Of a stretch of 64,000 nucleotides of DNA, positions 1 through 12,488 are shown in pieces. The notes beneath the pieces are model-generated. The model was not told the DNA's origin and did no database searches. It worked only from the letters and a program-made list of their open reading frames with translations. The position numbers were made by a program, and so were the translations under genes. The stretch is from assembly GCA_964016885.1 (NCBI GenBank), contig OZ024740.1, positions 351,602,001 to 351,666,000 of the forward strand, read 5' to 3'. Origin of the DNA: Eledone cirrhosa. Taxonomy: Eukaryota. Position 1 is the first letter of the stretch. Every line of letters begins with the position of its first letter.

Positions 1-21
1 ATTTCCATGATACTGTCTTAA

Positions 22-386
22 CCCTTTAGCATTTAAATCAGTCGTATCCAGTCAGAATTCTCTGTTAAAATCCACCATTCATACTGATAAGGTATTGTTC
101 TCAAAATAAATAATATCGAAATCTCATAGATTTGATATTATGTGAGATAAAGCCTATACTGTGAAAATATAATAGTATATATAATTGTTTCTACTTTTGG
201 CACAAGGCCAGCAATTATCCCAGTGTATTACTGGTACTTTATTTTATCGACCTCGTAAGGATGAAAGGCAAAGTTAACATCGGTGGGATTTGAACTCAGT
301 CCGTAAAGGGACGTAACTGTGCTGCAAAGCAAGGCGTCCGACCCTCTACTGATACTGCCAATCCATATAATGTAAATGCTGAAGGG
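22..386. mobile_element. TTAA-flanked (piggyBac-like) MITE interrupted by a SINE (~185-364, - strand)
   Basis: TTAA|CCCTTTAGCATTTA ... TAAATGCTGAAGGG|TTAA terminal inverted repeats; same family at 38414-38633, 39610-39893 and 40099-40313. Confidence 0.8.
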
Positions 387-1610
387 TTAAACAAGGATAA
401 ATCATTGGATAATGCACTCCATGATACAGTGGGATAAGTTTATTTGATTAGGGCTAACATTGCCTTATATGCTCAAATCCTGCCATAAACTTAATCCATC
501 GTCTGGTTTAGCACTGTCCTTGGATGCTTTTAGCAGAGTACACTTTGTTGCAAACATTTGTGCCAGGTTTCTAGTTTGAGGATACCTTTCTCTTTTCCTG
601 CCAATTGTTTCAGAGACCCTGACTAATCAGAAGAAAATTATACAGTTGCAAAAATCAGCATAATGCTAAGTACAAATAAATTGATTTTATTCAGGCAGTG
701 TTTATGTAAATAATTCTAATAATGACCCACTATAATTGAAAATATATTTAGGCCATTTTTTCACTAAAGATCAAAAGAGAGTGATATGACTTAATGATTT
801 GCTAAGCTGTATCCCACATGGCTACTACATCGTTAATTATTAAATACTGTTTGATAGCTTCATTATAATAGTATTCTTCTTTTTCAAAGGCCTAAATTCA
901 TTTTGTCAACTTTAATTTTAATTAATAATAGTATGTTACTTGTTAGTATATGTCTATTTCTTATAGTTGATTGGTGCTAGCCTGTATATTCTTATAATCT
1001 ATAATTTAATTAAATAGCAGCTGTTTTTCTATTAATGACTTCCGCACCATTTAGTAGGCTTACTGATCAATATTTCGATATTTATGGTAAGAGAGAGAAT
1101 TCATATTTAATTTAGTTTCATTTTGTCTTTTTTAAACAAATCCCATCTTCTGTCATGGAAAAGATCAGCATTATCATTGCGTTTTTTAGAGGTCTGGTGC
1201 CTGAATGAATAAGGTACAAGATTCATCATCATCATCATCATCACTTTATGTCCACTTTCCATGCTGGCATGAGTTGGACATTTCATTATGGTAAATCAGT
1301 TTTTATTTGGAGCTAGAAGACTAGTGTGTTCCAATTTTTACATAGTTTCTACGACTGGATGTTTTTCTTAACACCAACCATGTTACAGAGTGAATTGAGT
1401 ACATTTTCTCATGGCACTAGCATAGTTGTGTAATGTAAGAGTTCAGGAACAAAGAAACATAAATGTGCAAGAGAGAAGGTTGTGCTGGTTCTGATATGTG
1501 ATGCATATGAAGGATGGCAGTTAGGTAAAAAGTGGCAAGCATTCCAACTGGAAGGGGCTTGTGGAAGAAAATAAACATAGATATGGGAAGAAATAATGAA
1601 AGCTAGATTT

Positions 1611-2263
1611 ACTGTGAATATAAACTGAGGAATATGTGGCCCAAAAAATGGATGGTAAAGTTGGTGGGGGCGCTTATATTCGGTGTCTTATTTTGATTTT
1701 CACCAACTTCAAATTCTACCTATGTAAATAAGGTGCAAAAATATCTGGAGTGATTATTTTACAATGAAACATTGTTTTTCTCTCTTTTTCTCACTTTGCC
1801 TCTCCTCTCTCTCACTTGCTGTAAACAATCTACCTAAAGCATTGATATTTGTACGACATTAAATTGCTTCCAATTTTTTCATGGTACACATTTCATTTGA
1901 TGTGTATATTAGATAAAAATCTGATACATTTGAGAGATGGCATTATTGTTTGCTTTAAAAAAAAAGCAAAATACACCCAGGATTTGACTAGCCAAAAGTA
2001 TATACAAATTTGAGAAACTTGAAACTCTATAAAACAGATGAAATGGTAAAAAAGTCATTACATAGTGAATTTGTGAAACAAAATCTATACTCTAAATGAC
2101 ACTTAAAACATTTTAAATATCAAAATATTAAAACTTCATAAATATTTTCTCCACTCTTGAGAATTTCAAAACAACACCATAATGTGTTGATTAGCTTATA
2201 GATTTTTGTCCATTTCTCAGGCATAAAATAGGGGTGGGCAGCTTATATTTGAGTACACACAGT
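1611..2263. mobile_element. Degenerate pogo/Tigger-like non-autonomous DNA transposon
   Basis: Starts TACTGTG and ends GGGTGGGCAGCTTATATTTGAGTACACACAGTA; internal related motif GGGGCGCTTATATTCG; no ORF. Confidence 0.4.
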
Positions 2264-2849
2264 AATTATTGACCTAAATTTCTAGAAATAATAGGAATTA
2301 ATGTTTATACATAACATTTTCCAAAGATGGTAAACAAAGAAATGAATTGAAACAATTGAAATGACATTTCCATTTTAGGGTGGTGAGATTTAATGTAAAT
2401 TATAGAGAGCTTTATTAGCATCTCATCATCATCATTTAATGGCCATCTTCCACGTTAGCAAGGGTAGCATCTGTTTATGACAACATTGACCTTGTATCGA
2501 ATCAAAAGGAATTATTTCCAAAAAGGAATGTGTTTTTCTATAGGTTTCAGCCTCTTGGCTGTATTGTTTGTGACATGGATATACTTGTTATTTTGTTTAT
2601 TCTCATGTCAGCATGTGTTTGATTATTGTGCAAATGTTAATGCATACATGAATGGTTGGAACATACTTTATACTTGAATCACTTTGTCAATAATTAACGA
2701 TCTTCCCATAAAGTGGGAGTGGTATTTAGAGTGCTGGTGCATAGTAATGAAGTCTGAGGTTCTACATTAACTGATGAGGAGTGAGCTCTCAGATGGGGAG
2801 CATGAACTTCAAAGATAGGCCTGAATGCAACCAAATCAAGGAGGCTTAA

Positions 2850-3082
2850 CCTTTTTATGAAAAACAAAAAAAGAAAAAAAAAAACTACTTATGACTCTCA
2901 AATAATTTTGCAAACAAATAACCAGGATTTGGAAAGGTTTAATAATATAATTGATTTTCTCATTCAGCTGCTGTTTGGAGCATAGCTTAAAAGTTTTTAA
3001 ATATAATTATGGTGGAGGGTATTTTGATAAATATAAACACTTTAAAATAAATAGAACCTTAGGCTGTTGGGTATCAAAAGGG
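2850..3082. mobile_element. Second TTAA-flanked MITE family (related decayed copies near 11330-11730, 15050-15430, 24500-24675, 37900-38110, 50590-51830)
   Basis: TTAACCTTTT ... AAAAGGGTTAA ends with a shared AT-rich interior. Confidence 0.5.
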
Positions 3083-3544
3083 TTAAATAAGTATGAATGA
3101 AGCACATTATTAGTCAGTGTACACAAGATAAGCATGGTAATGAACATATTGAATGAGTAAGTACCAGAATACTGTAAAGGACAGTATTACAGTACTGAAA
3201 GCCTCTTGTATGTAGTCTGATGAACACTTAACATTAGGAAATTAGGTTAGATGTTACTAAGATAATTATTAAAATTGAAGGTGGTCAGAGAAGTTTGTGT
3301 TTCATGAGTGACACATTTCAAAATATAAATGACTGGAAATATCTAAGGGTGTACTATTGACTCAAACTATGAACAGCACACCTTGAAGATCTGTAAATAC
3401 ATTCTGATCCGGATATACTTAATCTATGATAACATAAAAAAAAAATGGATAATGACTGAAACTTAGACATAGTGTACTGATGAAAATAACTCTTCAAAAT
3501 GTGCAACTTCTCATATAACAATTTATTTTTTGTAAAATTTAATG

Positions 3545-3717
3545 TCATAAAGTTGAAAAGATACTGTCAGAGAAATGGCCTTGTTTAATATGTCAAAAAG
3601 GGATAAGGTGCACAAAGTGTAAACTATGACGGTACAAGAGATTTAGTGGGATTACAGGCAGATTAACAGAGAAGGTAGACTTTGTATGCAGCAGGTGCAA
3701 AGAAGTAATATCTATTC
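3545..3717 (+). pseudogene. Old RTE LINE fragment, left part (Cys-rich region), split by the Gypsy insertion
   Basis: Degenerate translation KWPCLICQKG..CTKCKL..KRFSGITGRLTEKVDFVCSRC matches the RTE ORFs at 41783-42559 and 48061-48993. Confidence 0.7.
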
Positions 3718-4206
3718 TGTCTGTTGGGGCAGAGGGACGGTCAGCGCATGGGCTCCCATTTTCTCATAATAGTGAGAGATGGGGAGAGCAGGAGAGATGG
3801 AGGCAGTGACAGTGGGAGTTTGGCTCCTTTGTGTCCACACCTGGTGTTATAATGAAGAATGTAAGTCGTTAGATCAGAAGGCATTAAATAGACAAACTCC
3901 ATTACAAGTATGTACTTCATTTATTCTTGCTTCTCACTGTGAAACTCATTTTGCCTGTATTTCCATGTGTGAGATACGACAGGATATGGCGTATCGAAGA
4001 ATCGACGTTTTGACGATAGCAGATTTTTCTGGAGACTGGTCTTCTGTCTTAACTTCCGTTCTCTGGTCTAAGTAGTCCAGTTACTTGTATCGCTACGCCG
4101 AAGGTTTTGATGATTGGCTCACACTTCAGCCAATTTACTTCCGTAACATTTTTCTTCCGCCGAAGGAAATTACATTTAATTACAAAGGATATATATTACT
4201 GCTACA
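3718..4206 (-). repeat. Putative 3' LTR of the Gypsy element
   Basis: On the - strand a purine-rich AAGCAGGAGGTGA precedes TGTAGC at 4206; AATAAA near 3920; ends ...GACA at 3718 where RTE homology resumes. No second LTR to confirm it. Confidence 0.55.
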
Positions 4207-6983
4207 TCACCTCCTGCTTAGGCTTAAAGCCGACAGAGAAAAAAGGGTAGCAGTTGCAAGAAATAAAAAAAAATATATAACAGTAAATATATAATAAACA
4301 ATATCAATTCACAGAAAACTAAATATTCATTTCACAGGAAAGTCTGCGTTTTGCTTCAGAGAAAAAGAGGAACATAAAAAAAAAAGACTGAGCAGCAGAA
4401 ATAGTCCAAAGTTCACATTAATTAATGCATTTAATATAAATACAAGAGAGGACAAGAACTCAAAAAGCTTGCTTTATATAGCATAGTTCATATATATAGA
4501 GTCTTGCAAAGCTTCTTGGGCCAATGTACTCGGCAACCACTACGTGTGGTGGTGACATATGTAGGTGTAGGTAGAGAAGGTGTGTGCAATGCTGCATGTG
4601 TAGCGTGTGTTGGCTGATGCAGAGTATATGTAGGGGGAATATGGGGCTCTTGTGTGAGAGTGTCTGCAAAGGCCCGTTTCACCCTATCGATGGATACAGT
4701 CTCTTTTTTACCACCAATGTCCAGAGTGAACAGTTTATCTGTGCGTGCAAGCACACGATAAGGACTGGTATAAGGTGACATGAGAGGAGCTCTCACGGCG
4801 TCCTTCCGTAGAAAGACGTGGGTCCACGAAGCAATGTCTTTCGGGACCGAAGATTTTATTGTCTGTTGCCGAGGGGTTCATAGGCGGAAGATTGTTAAAA
4901 TAAGATCGCAGTCTGTCCACATATAGAGCTGGATCTGTTTCAGGTAAATCCATTGGGGTCAACATCTGACCCGGCAAAGATATAGGTACTCCGTAAACCA
5001 GTTCAGCTGGGGAGTATCCTAGATCCTCCTTGATAGCTGCACGACAGCCAAGAAGGACAATTGGTACATACTCGCTCCATTGCTGTTGATCCAGATAAGC
5101 GCGCAATGCAGCTTTCAATTGGCGGTGGAAGCGCTCTATCATTCCGTTCGAAGCTGGATGATAGCTAGCCGTTTGGATGCGCTTAATTCCCAGGATCCTT
5201 GAAAGTTCTTGGAAGAGATGGGAGTCAAACTGTCTATCACGGTCCGTGGTGACAGTGGTTGGGACTCCGTAACGCGATATCCAACCCGATACTAGAGCTC
5301 GCGCTACAGATTCCGCCGAAATGTCACTTAAAGGAATGGCTTCAGGCCAACGTGTGAAGCGATCAATACAGGTCAGGAGATAGGTAAATCCTTGGCTGAC
5401 CGGCCATGGTCCAACGAGATCTATATGGACATGACTGAACCGAGCGTCTGGAGTGCTGAAAGTTCCGAGGCGTGTGCGGATGTGTTTGTGCACCTTTGAC
5501 TTCTGGCAGGACAAGCAGGAACGTGTCCAGGCAGTGATGTCACGCCTCATATTCGGTCAGAAGAATCTAGCCGAAATGAGCTTCACTGTGGTCAATATTC
5601 CAGGGTGTGCTAGACCGTGCAAGGTCTTGAAAACTGCACGACGATGAGTCGCTGGAACTAGAGGACGAGGTGAATCCGTCGAGGTGTCACAAATAATCTG
5701 TGTCCGAAGTGGGCACAGGTTGATATGAAAATTTGCCAGTTGCAAATTCAGGAGACGAAAGATCCAAGGTGTCAAGGGGTGGCTGTTCTGTGGCCATCCG
5801 TTGAAGGTCAATATCCGAAGGTGATGACAGGGAATTGATTGGGAGGCGAGACAAGGCATCTGCCACCGCATTCTGCTCACCGGAGATGTGTCGGATATCG
5901 CTGGTAAATTGCGAAACGAAGTCCAAATGACAAGTTTCGTGAGGGGAATATTTATCCGGCTCAGAACGCAGTGCGAACGTAAGCGGACAATGATCAGTGT
6001 AGATCGCAAATTGACGACCCTCCAGTGAATGCCGAAAGTGTTTCACTGCGTGGTACATAACCAGGAGTTCACGGCCGAACGTGCTATATCGTGTCTCTGC
6101 CGGTTTCAGTAGTCTCGAGAAGTACGCGAGAGGTTGTAGTTGTTGTTGGTGATGCTGTTGCAAAACTGCACCTACAGCTGTGCCCGATGCATCAACGACG
6201 AGTGAAAACTGGGCACCAGACACAGGATGTGCAAGCAGTGATGTCTCCGAGTTTCTGCTTCACTTCGTTGAAGGCTTTTAGCTGACTCGTGTCCAGTGTG
6301 ATTGATTCATTTTTCCTTTTCCTGTTACGTAACAGGTCAGACAGAGGAGACAGGAGATCCGCACAGTGTGGGATAAAACGTCTGTAGTAGTTCAGCAGAC
6401 CAAGGAAATGTCGTAGCTGGCAAAGTGAAGTGGGTGGTTGAAGGTCTTGCAGAGCTTTCACTTTGTCAGGTAGTGGTGATATTCCCTCTGGGCTGATGAT
6501 ATGGCTCAAGAAGACAAGTGAAGACGCACCGAAAACACATTTCGCCGGGTTAATTCGCACTTGATACTGCTGAAACCGCTCAAACAGTAGACGGAGGTGA
6601 GTGACATGTTCCTCGGGTGAGGCACTTGCCACGAGAATATCATCAATGTAGTTATACATGAAGTCCAAATCGCACACAACTTCAGCCATGAAACGTTGGA
6701 AAGTACTGGCTGCGTTTCGCAAACCGAAAGGCATAGTCAGAAATTCGAACGCTCCGAAAGGAGTTGTTACGGCAGTTTTAGGTATATCTGCCGGGTTCAT
6801 TGGAATCTGGTGGTAAACCTTGACCAAATCCAATTTGGAGAATGTCTTACGTCCATGAAGCGAAGACGCGAAATCTTGTATGTGTGGGATCGGGTAACGA
6901 TCGGGTACCGTCATCGCGTTTAACCGGTGAAAGTCCCCAGCGGGACGCCAATCACCGGAACGCTTCGGAACAAAATGCAAAGG
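3718..6983 (-). mobile_element. Ty3/Gypsy LTR retrotransposon, 5'-truncated (RT-RNase H-integrase, PPT, single 3' LTR), frameshifted
   Basis: ORF 6192-6980 is RT ([24 protein letters not shown]). ORF 5687-6223 is RNase H (DASG, YSTFGRELL, TDH, NAVADALSR). ORF 4735-5550 is integrase ([21 protein letters not shown]). Domain order RT-RH-IN. Confidence 0.93.
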
Positions 6984-7365
6984 ATGTGTAAAAGATTTCC
7001 TCAGTTGCTACCTAGGTGAGCTAGTCAGTATTTGGGGAAGATGCTTTGAAAGCCAGAGTAAAATAGGCTGGAAAAAGTTTAGGCAACTAGTACCTCTGCT
7101 GGCAAAAAAGGGCTTCTCCCTCATAGTGAAGGGTAGACTGAATGATGCCTGTATGCTAACTGCAATGCTGCATGAGAATGGGGCATAGGCCTTGACAACA
7201 GATCTGTGAAGGCAAAAAAGGAAAATGATGTTCTGGTGGATGTGTAATGTTAGTTGTGCATAGTCATATTAAGTAAACTGAGAGAAAAACTAGGCATAAA
7301 AAGAATTCGATGTTGTGAGCACAAGAGATGACTGCATTAGTATGGGTATGTAATGCATGTAGGAG
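6980..7365 (+). pseudogene. Old RTE LINE fragment, right part
   Basis: Degenerate YLG..ARVKIGWKKFRQLVPLLAKKGFSLIVKGRL.DAC..MLH, continuing the 3545-3717 fragment. Confidence 0.8.
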
Positions 7366-7717
7366 CATGTTTCACCTGAGCTTTATAGAGAATTAGTTGT
7401 AATTGTGGCCTGAAATATAATCTGGTTTGAACTCCAGATTAAAATTTCACCCAAATGTCAGGAATTTCACTTTTACCAGTAAGCCTTTGTACATCTGTGT
7501 TATCATAGCAAGGTGTTGTTTACTTTATAATCTCTAAAACTTGAGTGAATCAGTTTAAATATTTATGTGAATGTAATCTTAATTTCATCTCTTGGCCATT
7601 TATGTACCAGCTGTTTAACAGTTTTTCCTAACTATCTCTGCTAGTGCAGTAGTTGCATAGTTACATCTGCAGACAAATAGATTAATGGATGCCAGAAATT
7701 ATATATATATATATATA

Positions 7718-7997
7718 AGCAAGATGTATGGTAGGTCGTATGTGAATCGCGATGGTCACGTCTGACCTACCAAATATGTGACAGTAGCTAGTTAAGCTCT
7801 ATGCGTATACGCAGAGCAGAAATATTAGTGAAAAAGAACAAAGGAACTATTATGACATTATAATGAGTTTATTGCCGACAGCCGTTTCGTCCGACCATAT
7901 GGTGGGACTTTTCAAAAGTCCCACCATATGGTCGGACGAAACGGCTGTCGGCAATAAACTCGTTATAATGTCATAATAGTTCCTTTGTTCTTTTTCA

Positions 7998-8004
<7 letters not shown>
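7718..8004 (-). mobile_element. Fold-back Penelope-pLTR-like element: 183-bp near-perfect palindrome (7822-8004) centred on a degenerate hammerhead core, flanked by TA repeats
   Basis: 91-bp arms, 1-nt loop at 7913, one mismatch. - strand reads TTGAAAA-GTCC-loop-GGAC-GAAA-CGGCTG-TC, then AATAAA. Confidence 0.7.
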
Positions 8005-8091
<87 letters not shown>

Positions 8092-8099
8092 GAGAGAGA
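8001..8099. repeat. Compound (TA)n(GA)n microsatellite
   Basis: Direct inspection. Confidence 0.98.
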
Positions 8100-8367
8100 A
8101 ATTATATAAATAGGACACACGTGCATGCCCCACGTGTAACTAACTACTTCTAACTATCCTCCTGCATCACCTTCATAGGCTGCCAATGTTGTATTATAAC
8201 TTTAATTTTGTTGTAATTTTCTTTTAATATGACTTTAATCTTTAAATGTAATCTGCCATGCTTAAATATTATAATGGATGTCAACCCACTGTGCATCAAT
8301 ATATACATATGTTTCTATGTCTTGTGTTGAAAAGGAGGTCAAGTATGTAAACAATCATTGAAAAATT

Positions 8368-8412
8368 GCTCCGAAGACACCAAACCTCGGTTTGGAAGAA
8401 ACAATTGTAAGC
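8368..8412 (+). ncRNA. Minimal type I hammerhead-like motif (U4->C variant) in a pLTR-like element (~8120-8633)
   Basis: GCT-CCGAAGA-CA-CCAAAC-CTCG-GTTTGG-AA-GAAA-CAATTG-TA-AGC: stem I GCT/AGC, 6-bp stem II, palindromic stem III; AATAAA at 8414-8419. Confidence 0.65.
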
Positions 8413-8631
8413 GAATAAATGATTTGAACAGAACTTTGATTCTTGTAATTTCTATATAACTGCTCTGTAGAACAACTGATGTTATTACATTGAGCTATTT
8501 TTCTTACTGGTAATAAGGTAGTAATAAATTACTGTCTTTCACTGTTTAGGGTTTAAAATATATATAACTATAAAAGGTTTTACTGTATACATATCCATAA
8601 ATAGTATCCTTAATAGTATCCTTAATAGTTG

Positions 8632-8632
<1 letters not shown>

Positions 8633-8684
<52 letters not shown>
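8633..8684. repeat. (TA)n microsatellite shared by two convergent hammerhead elements
   Basis: Direct inspection. Confidence 0.98.
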
Positions 8685-8687
<3 letters not shown>

Positions 8688-8774
8688 GAAAAATTGAACA
8701 GGGACAGAACAGAGAGGCAGTACGACAAATGTTTATTAAATTCACGCTCAGGAGAGTGGGGGGTAGGTGGAGGA

Positions 8775-8804
8775 CGACGTTTCGGGCATAAGCCCTTCTT
8801 CAGG
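8775..8804 (-). ncRNA. Minimal Penelope-type hammerhead motif
   Basis: - strand CCTGAAGA-A-GGGC-TTAT-GCCC-GAAA-CG-TC; palindromic ACGT stem III; AATAAA downstream, then TA repeat. Confidence 0.7.
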
Positions 8805-9644
8805 TGAGAGTTCAAAAGGTGTGTAGGGGAGTGGTGGAGAGACATATAGCGAAAGGAAACGGTGCGAATGAAAAATTAACAAATAAAGACAAAAATATAA
8901 TAAATAATAAATAAAAATAAAGCATGATCAAAATACAAGGAATGCATAGAAATATCATAAAGGTAATGACACAGGCGATCGTGAACAAAAAATCATGGAA
9001 TACAATTGTAGGAACACAGGCAAAGAATCATAGAGAGAGAGATAGATAGATAGATTGTGTGTGTGTGTGTGTGTGTTTAAATGTGGAATTTTTCCCAATG
9101 CTTTAAAAAAAAAAATGAAAAAAGAATTGAAAGGGAATTATTTAATGTAATTGCATTTACACATACTTTTAAGCCATGGAAATCCTCTAATTGTTATTAG
9201 TGATGTCTAGAGTCTGCCATTGTCATCACAATCAACATCAGTGTATGAAATAGATAAAAATTGTATAAACTGTCCTATGTTAGTGAGAAAGACAAGGGGA
9301 GAAGAGGTGAAGACACAAAGCTGATGACAAATAACTGCAACAAATGGTAAATTTAGCAGAGTCTACATTGTTGTGAGCATTTAAGTGAGGGGTGGAGGTG
9401 GGGGTCTCCAGTTTAAGAGCACCTTCCCTTCCACCTGACTTGAGGTCCTGAAAAAGGTTATGAGTGCTGTCTTTCTCTCCCTGACTTATCTAGCTGAATC
9501 CACTTTGATGAATACTAGTTAGCTTTTAAAAGTATCTCCGAAAAATAAAAGGGAAATTAAAAAGAAATGGAAAAGTAGTAATAAAATTATGTCTGGTGAT
9601 CATATATATTGATCATTCATATTTTCACAAAATAATTTATTGAT

Positions 9645-9780
9645 TTTTTTCTTTTCTTTTCTTTTCTTTTCTTTTCTTTTCCTTTCTTTTCCTTTCTTTT
9701 CTTTTCTTTTCTTTTCCTTTCTTTTCCTTTCTTTTCTTTTCTTTTCTTTTCCTTTCTTTTCTTTTCTTTTCTTTTCTTTT
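9645..9780. repeat. (CTTTT)n pentanucleotide microsatellite
   Basis: Direct inspection. Confidence 0.97.
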
Positions 9781-11386
9781 ACGATAATACCTTTGTGGCT
9801 CAAGTTACACTACTTGGAATAGATTGACATAGATCTGCTATTTGAATTTTTATTGTGTTGTTATCATTTCATTGTGCATTTAGACTGTACATTTCATCTT
9901 AGCTGTCTCATTTTACCTGTTTATTAGAAATACATAGCCTTCAGGGAGTCTTACTGGCAATAGATTGACACTCTATCCAAAAGCAGATTTACCCTTCATT
10001 TGCTAAATCCCCCAGTGCTCCTATGCCAATATGGAAGAGCAGAAGTAAAAGGATGAATGAATATATATATATATATATAATATATATCATCGTTTTGACA
10101 TCAACTTTTCCATGCTGGTATGGGTTAGATGGAACTGTAAGGTGGTTGTGCTAGTGACACGATGAAAAAGTTCCCAGTCCAACCTATCAGTTGGTTGTTT
10201 TGGTGTCACGATAAAAAGCACCCAGTCCACGCTATATATGTGTTTGGTGTGAGGAAGAACATCCAGCCGTAGAAACCAAGCCAGAAACCGTTCTGAATGA
10301 GCAAGATATGGTCACCTGATCTGACTTGTCTCACAATGGGACAACTTGTCTAACCCATGCTATCATAGAAAATGGACGTTAAACGATGATGATGATATAT
10401 CTGTTACTATCCATTACTCATTATCTTTCCCTCTTTCTCACACCAAAAAACAGGTAACTATCATTGCAGTCAATCCTTCCATTACTCCCTCCAGATTATC
10501 CTCTTCTGTCAACATCTCACTTCAATCATTTTGTCTTTCCCACCATACTCTTGCCTCCTCCTACCACTCAACTTCACTCCTGTCTTTCTTCTCTCTCATT
10601 CTTTGGTTACTTTCAATGAACAGTCAGTGTATACTACACTCTTTAGTTTTGTGTGTAGACAACCTTACTAATGTTGTATCCACAATAAAATGCATCTGGT
10701 ACACTCTGTAAGATGGTTGCCAACCAAACAGATGCAACTTAGGGTTGAGAGAATCTTTTAATCATAGTGAGGACATGACATTCTCTCTAGTACTAGTGTC
10801 ATGATAAAATGCACCCCATACACTCTGTAAAGGTGTTGATATTAAGGAAGTGCACCCAGCCGTTAAAAACTATGCTGGAGATTGGAATATATCAGCAAGA
10901 CACTTAAAGCTGTGATGAGCACTTTCCTCCAACTAACTCTTACCAGCATGGAAAAAAAAAGCATGAAATAATTGTTTCTACTTTTGGCACAAGGCCAGCA
11001 ATTACCCAGTGTATTACTGGTACTTTGAAATAATGATGATGATATATCTTTTTTCTGACAATCTTTTCCTAGTTGTCTTTGTTTTTAATTTGAGTGAAAG
11101 AGAATATGACCTTGTTGAAACTGACTGACATCTTCACTGATTGACTGACTGGTGTAACAATAAAAGAATTAGTCTAACAAAACACCGCCTGAAATTTACT
11201 TTTAATGATTGTTGTATTTGTTTTCTCTTTCTCTCATTCTATTTTGAAATTAGTGGATATATTCTTTTAGTGATTTCAGCCAGTGGACTGTGGCCATACT
11301 GGAGCCCCATCTTATATTTCTAATGAAAGTCACAGCCTATAATTTTCAAATCATTTTGAAAATAATAAAGAATTTGCAAAGATTTA

Positions 11387-11568
11387 ATAATTGTTTCTAC
11401 TTTAGGCACAAGGCCAGCAACTACCCAGTACATTACTGGTACTTTATTTTATCGACCCCGTAAGGATGAAAGGCAAAGTTAACCTCGGCGGGATTTGAAC
11501 TCAGACTGTAAAGGGACGTAACTATGCTAGAAAGCATGGCGTCTAACCCTCTACCGATACTGCCAATT
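11387..11568 (-). mobile_element. tRNA-derived SINE family A copy
   Basis: Reverse complement of the 58104-58287 copy: A box TGGCAGTATCGG, B box GAGTTCAAATCC, core GCCTTTCATCCTTACGGGGTCGATAAAA. Confidence 0.85.
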
Positions 11569-12488
11569 CCTAAACTTCACAATATTAAACTAGTGTTTTT
11601 TTTAACATAACAAAGGTTCTTACATAAAATTATGATGGAAAGTTTTTAGATGAATATAAACACTTTAAAATAAACAGTTTTATATAATAAAATCTGGCTC
11701 AGTTTCAGGTAGTTTATTGTGAAAATGGTTGACTGAGATTTCAGTCACTTGTATTGGCCCCAGTACTTTTGTATGGTACTTACAATATCAAGTTGGTAGA
11801 CTGAAAGGTAAAAACAACCTGGCTGTAAAAGAACATAACTAAATACTACCGAGACCTGGTGGACTCCCACCTGTACTTCATATTCATCAATCTATTTATT
11901 GCCAACTCTCACCTTACTGGTTGCACTTCCATATATGGTTTGCATGGCTCTCATAAGCCATACATCTACATCTAGCTTCCTTTTACACAATGAGGTCCCC
12001 TGTGTAAAAGCCTGTGTTGCAGTGTGTCCCAGAGGATAGATAGCCCCATTAATTGTTTACTTAACTTATGGAATGACATCACAAGGTAATATCTTAGCTA
12101 TCAATCAGATTGAAATTCTATTCTGAAATGTATATTGATAGATATTATTTAGATATTTTTCTCTTTTTTTTCTTTTCCTTTCTCTATTAGTTATTTTTGG
12201 TTTCATTTTCTATAAATCTGTATGAATAGGTCAATCTTATGATGTACTGCTATTTAATCACTTCGATATAATGACATCATATTTTTACAATAACAATCTC
12301 TTAATAGCCTAAATTAGAATATTTTACTGCAACAAATACATTATAACATGATATATAAATACAATATTATAAAAGGTACATAAATAAAAACAAAGTACAT
12401 AAGGATATACAGACAAAAGGCTGTAGACAGTACACAAGTAAACACACATAATAATAGGATAGATATTCACACAATACCATATAGGGTA

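Noticed and set aside
2772-2800. CTGATGA followed by a small hairpin
   Set aside because: No GAAA half-core follows.
3215-3250. CTGATGA...GAAA hammerhead-like spacing
   Set aside because: No pairable stem II or III and no TA-repeat context.
3687-3694. TGCAGCAG as inverted terminus matching the LTR start TGTAGCAG
   Set aside because: It lies within the RTE coding remnant (FVCSRC), so the match is probably coincidental; the LTR end was placed at ~3718.
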